Origin: Dimargaris cristalligena
Lineage: Eukaryota
Reading direction: 5' to 3'
Assembly: GCA_003614675.1 (NCBI GenBank)
Contig: ML002279.1
Coordinates: forward strand, 1 to 48,311
Length of the DNA: 48,311 nt
Within the stretch, counting starts at the first letter, position 1, and each line of letters opens with the position of its first letter. The notes under the pieces are model-generated. The model ran no database searches. It saw only the letters and a program-made list of their open reading frames with translations, and was not told the origin of the DNA. The translations under genes were made by a program, and so were the position numbers. Shown in pieces: positions 23,897-34,323 of this stretch.

Positions 23897-25846
23897 TTTT
23901 ATATATTTATAGTATATAAATAAAATATGGTTCACTGCTGTTTAATAAAATCAGCATACTAAAGACCTGCTACTACATTAATCGTAAAAACAATACCACT
24001 ATTCACTTTCCTGCATCAGCAACCAGTTAAAGTGAAGTGGAGAAATCCAAAATAAAAAAACATAACTAATGGAGCTTGTAGAACAAGGTGAAGGGTAATG
24101 TTACATTTAATAACTGCGGCTTATTTTTTAAACATTGTTTAAGACTTACAAGTCAGAATCAGCCAAATATACCCCCTCGTCTGTATTATACAGAGGCAAT
24201 AATTAGATTAGGGCACCAATAAATAAGACGGTACAAAATAAAAGACCATAGCCCATTCGACGTAGAGAAATTTGATAATAGTACTTGAAAACCAGACTAA
24301 AAAAGGCGGGCTATTGAAATAGCTAAGCGAACAAGTGCCAAAGCATTACAGAAGCCTACAGTAGTAGCACTTCGGCGACTAATAATAGCATATTGCTATA
24401 GTATCGGCCCAAAAATGGAATGTTAGTATTGTACAGCCATGCAACCATGGGGACAATAGACTGATAAGAGTAGCTGTATAATCAAGAATGTAGTAGATAA
24501 GAAAATCTGGGATTACTGATAGTTTCTTGGACCAACATAACAATCTTTGTTTAAAAACACGGGGGTCCCCCTGGTACAATACTATGGAAGGAGTACGTGA
24601 AGCCTGGTTATAGATTCAATGTGGCTGATTCTTGGCAAGGATTTCAAATGGTATTCATCACTGCTATTGACATGACCGAAATTATCAAGATGATGTGATT
24701 TACTAATCCATAGACGAGGCATGTAAAATATGGATAATGTCCCATAAAGGACAGGCCGCAGTCTCCAAAAGAATTGCAGACTTGCCAGGAATTAGCTTCC
24801 TTTTTGAAAACTTCACAATTTCAATCCTGATAGTTAACAAAGGGCATGGTGAAGATATAAGACATTTTCGGGCCTGTTCAGTCTATCCATTATGAATCCG
24901 CCTATTGTTATCATGCCCTTTCTTTGGTTAAGCAACACTGACCTAGCCCACTGGGGTCACAAAGTTAGAATTTCCAACAGTGCACCACTAATGATTTTTT
25001 ATAATAAAAGCGTGTATAAAAGGTACTGCTTCTCCCCACATTTATTCAATAGTTTTTTTTTATCCAAATACTCTATGATAGCAATGCTAAACTCGTATAT
25101 TCTGGCAATCATTCCTTATAACCCCATAGGCAACCGGGGGCCACATTCTGCAGTATTGCAGACACCCAATAACTCTACCTTCTCCCACCAAAAAAAAGGG
25201 GGCATAAGTCCCACAAGAGATCTTGGAGGGATTTCCCTAACTTTACGTGGTCAGCCCCTCATCTCCCTCAAGAGAGTGGCCCCCCCCTCCCCCATCTGAC
25301 CCAGAGTGAAATACCAGGGATCACTTGTGATGGTGGAGGGTTTCTATTCTTTGGAATATATGCAGTATGTTATTAGTATTACATGTATTTTGATTAATAG
25401 GTTTTTTTTATGAGGAGCTTCGAACTTTTTATACTAATTTGATATTTTTTAGTGGAATGTTTCTCATTTTTCCAGTTTATACCAACTAGTATTAAGTAGT
25501 ATTGGAAACCGATTGCTAATTGCTGATTTTACACCAGTCATCCAAGCAACAGACAAAAGCTTGGTGGCTGAGTTCATCAATTAATACATGGTGGCGGAAA
25601 TGAGCTTGGCTTTATTCACTAGTAATTTTGTCTCTTGAATAGATGGCAGCACCTAGCTCTGGTCGAATTTAAAATGAGTTTGGAACCACAAGTGGACTCA
25701 TTTTTACTCATACTTTAATAATATCTCTATGCCCCAATGTTGATTGAAATCACAATCCATGGGTTATTATAAACAACTCAAATGCTTTTCAATTAACCCA
25801 AAACAATGGGCTTTTCTCTTTTATTAATAAACTTCAGTTCAGTACA

Positions 25847-26433
25847 TGTCACCCAGGTTAGCCACTCTTAGTCCATCAAGAGTCCCAAGGATAGGCTTCT
25901 AACAGTAGACAGGGCTCAGGCTCAACTAAGTGGGTCATAGCATTAGGTTCGGGGCACAGTACTAACTAAATAAAGGTTACTAGGTGCAGGTATAAGTGAG
26001 GGATATGCAGTGGGCATACTTACTAGTCAATACAAGGGGGGTGAGCATATATAGAGTTTATTGGGATAAGCTAAGGGGGGTAAGAATAAGCTAAGGAATT
26101 GAACTAGTCCCAATGGGGCCCAGTTATATATATGCAGGGGTGACTCCAGAGGGAGGCTCCTAAAGAAGGATACTACTAAGTCTAAGATAAGGTAAAATAG
26201 GCCAACCGGATGGCTGTGAGGACTTGGAAGATTCTGCAGGTAGCTGGAAGAGTCTTCAGATCAGCACTGGAGTAATTAGTGCAAACTAAGGAGTCTGGAA
26301 GGGGAATAGTTATATGATATAGGGTGATCCCATAGTACTGGGGGCAACCATGGGAAGGTTAATATAGTGCTATAAGGCCTAATAGGGACAGACAGCATGG
26401 TGTCCAGATTAAGTCAGAATAGAAGATCTGACA
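25847..26433 (-). mobile_element. Solo LTR, copy A (587 bp)
   Basis: Termini TGTCA...TGACA, flanked by a perfect 5-bp TSD GTACA (25842-25846 and 26434-26438). Homologous over its length to the inverted copy at 26789-27354. TATA and AATAAA read on the minus strand. Confidence 0.85.
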
Positions 26434-26788
26434 GTACATCTATATTTTAGTTTTTATATTGACTGGATATTGAGTACACACCTAATTTACTGTATATCAG
26501 TATATATATTCTCACTTTTATTGAGTTTTTTTTATTATTTTGAGAGCAAATATGGCAGCACAGAATAGGGCATGTTGCTATTAATGCAATTAGGGGCTGT
26601 TGTAAGGAATTATAATCAGTTCAGTTGGGTAGGCCCAAGAATATATGGCACTGTGGTAAGGTGGACTGTCCCCCTATAGCCACACTTATTTTATTATTAT
26701 TATTACTATTATGCAGGGTATGAAGTGGCCTTTTTTTCTGGTATAACCAGTTTTTTTCCCTTCCCCTTTAACCCATTCTTTCCATATA

Positions 26789-27354
26789 TGTTGCCCCTCC
26801 TAATCCAACCTAATCCATCTGCTAATGATTGCCAACATAGCAGGCTGTATAGCACCATATTGTACCCCCAGTCCTAATGGGGCCGGACATCATATATATC
26901 ATCTTACCGACCGGACCCCCCCAGGAGTTCACACTACTTACTCCTGGGTGATCTTAGTGTCTTCCAGTTCCCATGGAAGCCTCCGCTCGTACGAGGACCA
27001 CCCGGCCCTCCCTATCATTATCTTAGTTATGTAGTTTCCCCTTGGGACCTCCCTTGGAGTAGTCCCCTGCATATATATAACCGGGCCCCCCATGGGGACC
27101 AGTTAATACTTTAGCTTATTCCTACCCCCCTTAGTTTACCCTCAATAAACTCTATATACGCTCACCCCCTCATACTGACTAGTAAGTGTGCATCAGTGCA
27201 CGTCCCCTGCATACACATTGAACACTTGCTTTATTGGGTTAGTACAGCCTGCCCTAATGCTAGCAGCCCGCTTGGCTGTGTCAATGCCCCACCTACCATT
27301 AGAAGCCTATCCCCGAGACTCTTGATGGACTAAGAGTAGTTAATTTGGGTGACA
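26789..27354 (+). mobile_element. Solo LTR, copy B (566 bp), same family as copy A
   Basis: TG...TGACA termini with near-TSD ATATA/ATATG. TATATAA at ~27074-27080 and AATAAA at 27144-27149. The reverse complement aligns to 25847-26433 (e.g. CTCTTAGTCCATCAAGAGTC, GATAGGCTTCTAA, TTATATATATGCAGGGG). Confidence 0.8.
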
Positions 27355-28974
27355 ATATGAATTTTCCCTTTAATTTTTATATATTCCTATTAGTTAATCC
27401 ACCCTTTTCATATAATTGGGTATGCATATTTATGCATAATTATTAGTGGCTCTTTAGTTTTATTCCTATCCTTTATTTTATTGGTTTTACTATGTGAATT
27501 CTTATTTTTCCTGTAATTGGTTATGCAGGTTCACTGCAGGCTTATTAGTTTTAATAATTCTCTGCCTTATACAGAGAATGGCTTGGTATTTTTTACTATA
27601 GAGATAAAGGTCTTGGCATTTTTTTAGATTGAATATGCACCATTGATGCACTCAATTGGGCCATGCATACGGGTGATCAGCACACACATTGGTATGTATA
27701 TATTTGCATATAAGGGATAACTTTTCCCCCTCTTTCTTTCTATATGTCAATTTCTTTGTATCAATTTTTGGGTACCAATTTTCCTCTATCTTTTTCTTTA
27801 CAATAAAACTACCTTTACCATTACTTTGGATTACTTAGATTTATATACCTTTGAAAGTTGTGGTTATAAGGAAATGGTCCTTTTGAGCTTCCAAATTGGT
27901 ATTATTACTACTCGGTTTAAACTGTTTTTTTTGATTTAAAAGTATTTTGTATTGAATTTTTAATTAAGTGACAAACCAGTTCTCCTGGAGAAGCCACCCT
28001 GCCCTTTTGATATATTTTTGTTGTTCATTTTAGTGGCTTAACACCACCACACTGTGATAGTGCTACCATCAATATCTTCATACAGGATACAGGTGGCCTA
28101 AAAAGCAAATTTATTACATGTTCTTATGCACCAAAGTTACAGGATATTTATTATACCAGCTATATCTATGGTATGGCCATGGGGTTTGGTTGTGTTCAAC
28201 TTAAACTCATTGAATGGCTGCTATCAGGTAGGAAACTACCACCACTGGGATCATTTAGTGTGCTAAAGTAACTAAGACCTAATCCAATATATATCAATCA
28301 ATTATTTAGTACAGTAACATATTACCTGAATTACCATTACTCTTGGCAATAACCCACTTACTCTGGTTGAATCAAAACCTGAGTTTATTAGTATGGCCCC
28401 AGGTGGTAATGGTCAGTGATTTAGTGTCATGCCTGGTTAATTTAAACTCTAAGAATAGCCAGCCATACAAGTAAAAACCCATACCAATAGATGGGTAAAT
28501 TAACATTTACTATTATAGAAATATATCCCCATTATCCTACTGTGTTTTATTTCCATTATTATATTACCCATATTATCTAGTTACTGATTCATATTTATTA
28601 GTCATCATTATTCTTCCCCTGCCCCTTGAGTTTGGATATAACCCCAGCTGTTTCCCCCCACAGCTTGCTCTTTAGCTTGTAACTTCTCTATTGTTGGTCT
28701 TATTCTGATATTTATCCTAATAAACTTATTCCTGTCCTTTGAAGTCCTGTCCATCATCTGGTACCTGGCCTTAATACCAGCCCATCATAACATTTAGGGA
28801 CAACTATCAAGATACTGTGTAGTTGGGAATGGAGTAAAGGCACTTATTTCTGGTTATCCCATCAGATGTTCAACATCTCTGATCAAATACCTATATTGGA
28901 CCACCCATTAGGTGTCCCGAAATTTATATCACTGCCCTGCCTGGACAGACTCTCCATTACCCGGAGCCATCTAC

Positions 28975-29118
28975 ATATGGGAGAGATTCAGCTAGGCTGT
29001 ATAAGAAAGAATCTGCTGGACAAGGTAAATGTTACTGGTTGAAAATAAATATCTCACCTGTTTTCCTATCCATATATCATATAAATTATTATATAGCTAG
29101 GCCACATTTAACCCATAT
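28975..29118. mobile_element. MITE copy 4
   Basis: ATATGGGAGAGATTCAGCTAGGCTGTATAA...TTATATAGCTAGGCCACATTTAACCCATAT. Confidence 0.75.
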
Positions 29119-29664
29119 GGTCAGATTGGATTTCATCTGCATATTAGCATTGGTTCCTAGTGGATTGTTGATTAGTCTAAAATTATAAGTCATTTTATCA
29201 TATAAAAATCCAATAGGTAGCACATTCAAATATAATCAATAGTCCAGTATCCATGACTATTCCGGGCTGCCCATTACCATACTACATCATGCCTGGAATA
29301 ATCAGGTAAGCCTTGGAGGGAAAATGTAGAAGGAGCTCAATACGGTAATATTTATTAAGTATAGTGCTAAAAATTTACTTTGGGGCAGAGCTAAGGGGGT
29401 GTTCCTGGCAGTGTCAGGTATAAAGTATACAGTGCCTAATATTTTAAACTGACTATTGGAGTCATAAAAAGAGTGTATACCAAGTTGCTAAACATTCATT
29501 GGATCATGATAACGAACACAGACCCCCGCAGGCCAGTTGACTATGGCTTAGTAGTAGCTAGAGCGACCAGAATAGCCAGTGGCAGAATCGGGACTATGGG
29601 GATGAGATGAGGATCCTTGGGTAAATGAGTTCGTTGAAAACAACCGTGTAGAGCATTTATGGAC

Positions 29665-29925
29665 TTATCCATAGCCACCAAAGGTGCTTCCCCCTTTCTT
29701 TTCATTGAGACTGCTGTCCCTTCCATTGTCAGGTAGACTGCTCGTAGAGCTGCTATGCCTCAGGGACCAATACATGCTGTTCCAATGAGGGGGTTCAGTG
29801 GAGACATTTGAAGATCCAGTATCATAAATCAAACTCCTGGAGCTGTCATGGGCGCTATAGGGGCCTGCACAGGCAACAGCCAGCAGGGAAGTGAGGACCA
29901 GGGGAATGGCAACCAGAAACTTCAT
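29665..29925 (-). CDS. Small secreted Ser-rich protein (86 aa), possibly a pseudogene whose frame originally ran to 29548
   Basis: ATG 29925 begins a classic signal peptide MKFLVAIPLVLTSLLAVACA|GP. A TATAAA lies ~160 nt upstream (~30085-30090, minus strand). The same frame continues for 38 Ser-rich codons past the TAA at 29665-29667. Confidence 0.55.
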   Translation of the reverse strand: MKFLVAIPLVLTSLLAVACAGPYSAHDSSRSLIYDTGSSNVSTEPPHWNSMYWSLRHSSSTSSLPDNGRDSSLNEKKGGSTFGGYG

Positions 29926-32220
29926 GATGATGGACAGTATTAGGAGGAATTGGGGGAAGGAAGGGGGGTGTAGTGTATTTGGCATATTAGGATTAGTATT
30001 AAAATAAGATAGTGGTCAAGTGGGGGGCAGTAGAGGAGGTTATTGTGATTGATGTTGAGTTTTGGGAAACGAGAAAGGGTGTGGTATTTATAGGTGTTTT
30101 AAAAGTGCCTGGACTGATTGCAGTCTCTTTGGAGTGGTCAGTCGATGCTAAGGCATGGTGGAGGTGGAGAATTTGGCAGAGTTAATGAATACCCCTATGT
30201 TCATGGTAAAGCCTCGAGTAAACACCTAGGGCATAGTCCGATTAAAGTTGGAGCAACCAGCCAACCAGCAATCTTGACCATAGGGGTTGGAATCCAGTCC
30301 CAGGCTACTGAGAGGAGTCTGGTTCCACTGCCCCTGTCCAAAATGGAACAGTGACTATCACTGGTGGGCTCCGGCAGGAAGATTAAAGAGGCAAAGACCC
30401 CATGGTCTATGTATTAATATGGACAGCCCTAAATAATCAGCCGAGTGCCCCGGTATTTTGGAATGGACCCTTCATGTTTCCATTGGTCTATTGGCTAGTT
30501 TGCCTCAGCCAATTTTTTATTTTTAGACTAGGCGCTATGTAATACTCATGTACCACCATTGAGTAAGGGTCTAATTGATTACCCATGACTGTCCCCTTCC
30601 CTTTTACCAATGCTTTAGGTCCATTTTTTCTGGATAAAGGGTGGGTCGGGATCCTAGATGGGGGGGGGCTAATGGAATGGGTAACTGTTCTCTGTTTCTA
30701 TTGGGAGGTATGGGTGTGAGGCTTTGTCCACCATCATTGCCTATTTCGGCTCATCTACTTCTAGGCGGACCTTTACTACTACCCTGACTATTTGATAACA
30801 CCAATGGCCTCATATATATACCATTTACTACCTTTAGTTAAGGATAACACTACTAACTGAAAATAGACATACTATCTATTATCATATACCCATATGAGAA
30901 AAATGATGCACCACTAGCCAAAGTTAAGTGATTGAATCTAGGGCAGGGTTTAATGATACTTGGACGATATCCCCCCACCCCCATGGCCATTAGGAATACG
31001 CTCTAGTCCTAATGTAATATCAATCACAATTCCTAATGAACCCGATGAGCCACTCAGCTATTCTACCAATAGGCTCTCATCACAATTGGTAATGGAAATG
31101 GCTTATCAAAATATCTATTTATTTGCCAATCGTTCTTACAAATACAAGGGGTATACCATAATCATTCGTATGCATTCCTATTTACTGGATCATAGGCTAG
31201 TAGATGTACCAATTAGTATCATAGATAACTAAACATAGTACTTCTTAGCCTTCAACATTGAGCTGATCTAGTCTTGATATACAGCTACCATAGTCCCTCA
31301 TCGTTTTCCTTAAGTTCACTGCGTTTCAAATCTAGTCCCCATGTGACGGCCAGGCACCTATATTACCATTGCATCAGACCTGTTTTTAGCCACACTCATT
31401 AGTTGGTCTACGAAACCGGGCGATAGCTGCTTGAGTAGCCGTCACCCCTCAATAAATTGAAAAATTGTAAAAATCCAGGCACCCCCAGCAATTATTGACG
31501 ACGCCTTACATGTTATATTTGCCCTAAAGACCATCTAAGTGTCCTTTAAAACTCAGGGCCTGGCTCGAGTAGTTTATGATTGTATACCATCCGATGGGCC
31601 TCCTCATCATGAATCTGGACAATATATAGCGCAGTTAACTTACTTCCGACTAGCAGTTATAAAAAACCAAACAGTTGCTACGCGCTGTAGCGTGTCCAGG
31701 TCAACACCAACCAATTCGCGGTAAGGCTTCGACATACAAAACTACATTTTGATGTAGACAGGCATAGTCTGGCTCTTCGATTAAAGTGCCCGGAAACTAT
31801 ATTGATGTCCCACCCATGGGCCAGGCCACATTTACTGCGTAGATTCAACAAGTGGGAAGTTCTTTTTATTTTTAGGTAGAAGAAAATGAAACTCGCTAGC
31901 AGTATTATATTACCATGGTATGCATTAGCTGGAGTAGCAAGTACATCCCCGAAAATCCTACACACGGGGCATGTATTCTGTACTACTAGATAAATTTACA
32001 GAAAAGAGGATAGATACGCCAGGGATTGGCAAGGGGCCCTCCTAGCAATGCCCGAGGGGGTAAAATATATTTGATAATATTCCCTATAAAAAAAACAGCA
32101 ATGGCTGGAAGTTCAGATTACCTGCTCGAATATGGCCATGGGCCTTTACAATCCAGTGATTGCCGGGCATTATACGCAGCGAAGCGAAGGGACCACAGGG
32201 GGGAAATAGCCCCCCGACCC

Positions 32221-32922
32221 CTAGTTGGTGGAGTTACCATTCTGGGTGTACAGCAGAGTGGAGTTGGAGGCATCCTGACTTGGTGGGCTCATCACGTCCC
32301 GAATGCTAAACTGGCCGTATTTGGAACCCATGGTGACGGCCGTTTGTAGAAGCTCGAGGAAGACATTATCCGCCACCATATTGAGCTGACGGTCATCGCG
32401 GCAGATGAAATTAACGCAACTCTTAAGCAGAGCTTGGCGCATTTCGTAAGTGAGCGTCGGAGCCGCTCCCGCCAGTACGGCCAGACTGAGCCCGTCCTCA
32501 TCGCCGGCAACGTTGATTTTGCAGCGGTGCTGGTTCATGGACGTTGTACTATTCTCTTTACCCCGGTAACGGTACACCTTGTGACAGAACCGACAGGCGG
32601 CGAAAGGGAGGTACTCATCGGTGGCGGTTTCGCGGACGAAACAGAACTTGTCCCAGCATTGGGAGGTCAGTGAAGGTGGGGGCGGGTGCAGCGTGAATTC
32701 GCCGCTGATGATTTTTTCGCGGATTTGGGTTTTGGTCAGTTCGGTGGTGGAGAAATCAACGCCCGCGTCGTTGAGGGCCTCCAGGAGCTGGATTGCCCGG
32801 GCCGTTGCGGGGGTGTTATCCACCGTGACTTCACCCGTCGTGGCCAACAGGGACGAGCCATCGTCGCTAGTCGGAAAGGCGACAATGTCGGCGGCGGATC
32901 CCGGAAACTCGGAGGTGTCCAT
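32221..32922 (-). CDS. BED zinc-finger + Hermes/hAT-type dimerization/DNA-binding domain protein, no DDE domain (probable domesticated hAT transposase fragment), ~233 aa
   Basis: Start at ATG 32922 (MDTSEFPG); the upstream part of the 309-aa ORF looks like intron/UTR, with an acceptor-like CTTATCGCAG ending at 32932. BED finger CWDKF...AACRFCHKVYRY...TTSMNQHRC is followed by ALLKSCVNFICRDDRQLNMVADNVFLELLQTAVTMGSKYG...DVMSPP, which resembles the Hermes transposase N-terminal domain. Confidence 0.8.
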   Translation of the reverse strand: MDTSEFPGSAADIVAFPTSDDGSSLLATTGEVTVDNTPATARAIQLLEALNDAGVDFSTTELTKTQIREKIISGEFTLHPPPPSLTSQCWDKFCFVRETATDEYLPFAACRFCHKVYRYRGKENSTTSMNQHRCKINVAGDEDGLSLAVLAGAAPTLTYEMRQALLKSCVNFICRDDRQLNMVADNVFLELLQTAVTMGSKYGQFSIRDVMSPPSQDASNSTLLYTQNGNSTN

Positions 32923-33880
32923 GGAGGGTAACTGCGATAAGTAAGGGAAAGTGTGAGCGCGTAAGTAGCAGTGAATCGAATATCCAATGCAATAATTGTA
33001 TGGCCAATAAATGCCCGAAAATGGAGGCACGATCCACGGAATGCACTGGTGGTTAAAGGGGGCGTTGGTGGAAGGCGGAAGGTCTGAGTGACGCAGGAAA
33101 GACGCGAGGAATGGGAGGAAAATGGAGGTGATGGACGCAGGAAATGCCACGAAATAGTCAAATTGTTAAGTCTTCTAAGCGAGAATATTCGAATGAGAAG
33201 GGACACCCAACCCTCTGCAATAACGGCTGCCTTCTACCAGGGTGGAAGCCGCGGGTGGAATGAAGGGATACTATTGGATGTATTGTTTCCCATTGGTATG
33301 GTGGTTGGTATAGAAAGGGGGGGAGCTAGTGTGTGGTGCAACGAATAAGATGGATGGAGGGGGTTTACATAGGAGGGTCAGATGCGCAACACGCATGGGG
33401 GGCCCCTCTTTTTTGATGTAAGCAGGGTATTATATCAGCCATATTGGTGTGCCTAAACTAACATAGTGGAAAGGGTCGTTATGGAGCGGCGGTATATTCG
33501 CCCCGGTTAGAGATATGTTGGTGGCTGTGGAGCTATTTAATCTCTGAGATGCACTGGCATATAGTCATCATTTCCCCCTCCATAAAAGCAGAGTTTTGGA
33601 CCAGAGCTCGCTTCGAGGTACAGTCGGGGGGAGCATTAGCGGTTATTATAATGGCCCCCAGGTTATAAAATTGGTTACACACCACGCCACAGAGGGCCAG
33701 CTGGTCCAATGGTAGGTTGCTTGCGATTGTGGTGATTCTTCTGTGATAGTCGCCATATTTTGAAGTTTTCTCAGTAAATAAACAGCCTATTCAGACTGTT
33801 ATAGTTAGAGCCACAGTAGTCTTCCTTTTATCCTTTCACTTCTGATATTAATGGCGACATAAGCGACTGCTATAGAAGGC

Positions 33881-34181
33881 TGTAGCAGTAGGGATTGCAA
33901 CCATTAAATCGAGGAATCCTCCGAGCCCCTGGCACCTCACGTGACCCCCCCTCTCAGGATCCCCAGTCCAACGTAGCGCGTGCGATAGCCGACTCGACTG
34001 GGCCAGAGAAACCAACCGAGGACGTATAAAACCGGCCGAGCCAACCGGAAAGTCTGGGTTCGACATAATTCAATAAATTCATAATTTATACTTTACTAGT
34101 TAGTTGGCTTGTCTGCTCACCCCTCGGAACTCCACCTACGGTAATACCCCCTTTGACCCTACCCAGGCACATCCCGTTATA
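33881..34181 (+). mobile_element. Possible solo LTR of a second family
   Basis: Begins TGTAGC and ends GTTATA (possibly a decayed ...ACA). TATAAAA at 34025-34031, AATAAA at 34072-34077. Shares small motifs with LTR B (TATAA-ACCGG-CC, TCAATAAA, GCTCACCCC). No clear TSD. Confidence 0.35.
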
Positions 34182-34191
34182 GGATTAGTGT

Positions 34192-34323
34192 ATATGGGAG
34201 TGGTTCAACTGAGCTGTATAACAAAAATTATGTTATATGAAGCAAATACTACTGGTTAAAAATAAATATCCCATACACTTACCATTTAAAACCTTATACA
34301 GCTGGGCCGAATTTCACCCATGT
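34192..34323. mobile_element. MITE copy 5
   Basis: ATATGGGAGTGGTTCAACTGAGCTGTATAA...TTATACAGCTGGGCCGAATTTCACCCATGT. Confidence 0.75.

Noticed and set aside
26398-26415. TGGTGTCC after CA as a possible primer-binding site
   Set aside because: It lies inside LTR A as bounded by the GTACA TSD, and on the antisense strand of the LTR.
28060-28210. Faint resemblance to a LINE AP-endonuclease start (GLKSK...DILLYQ)
   Set aside because: Too short and degenerate, with no downstream endonuclease or RT motifs.
32923-33150. N-terminal 76 aa of the 309-aa ORF
   Set aside because: Its composition is unlike coding sequence and it contains a splice acceptor-like signal; probably intron or UTR.
33695-33775. 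tRNA-His-like start (GCCAGCTGGTCCAATGGTAGG...TTGTGG)
   Set aside because: No T-arm (GTTCRA) or complementary acceptor stem follows.
18241-34323. Repeats as a CRISPR-like array
   Set aside because: They are dispersed ~140-bp TIR elements in eukaryotic DNA with no repeat-spacer periodicity.
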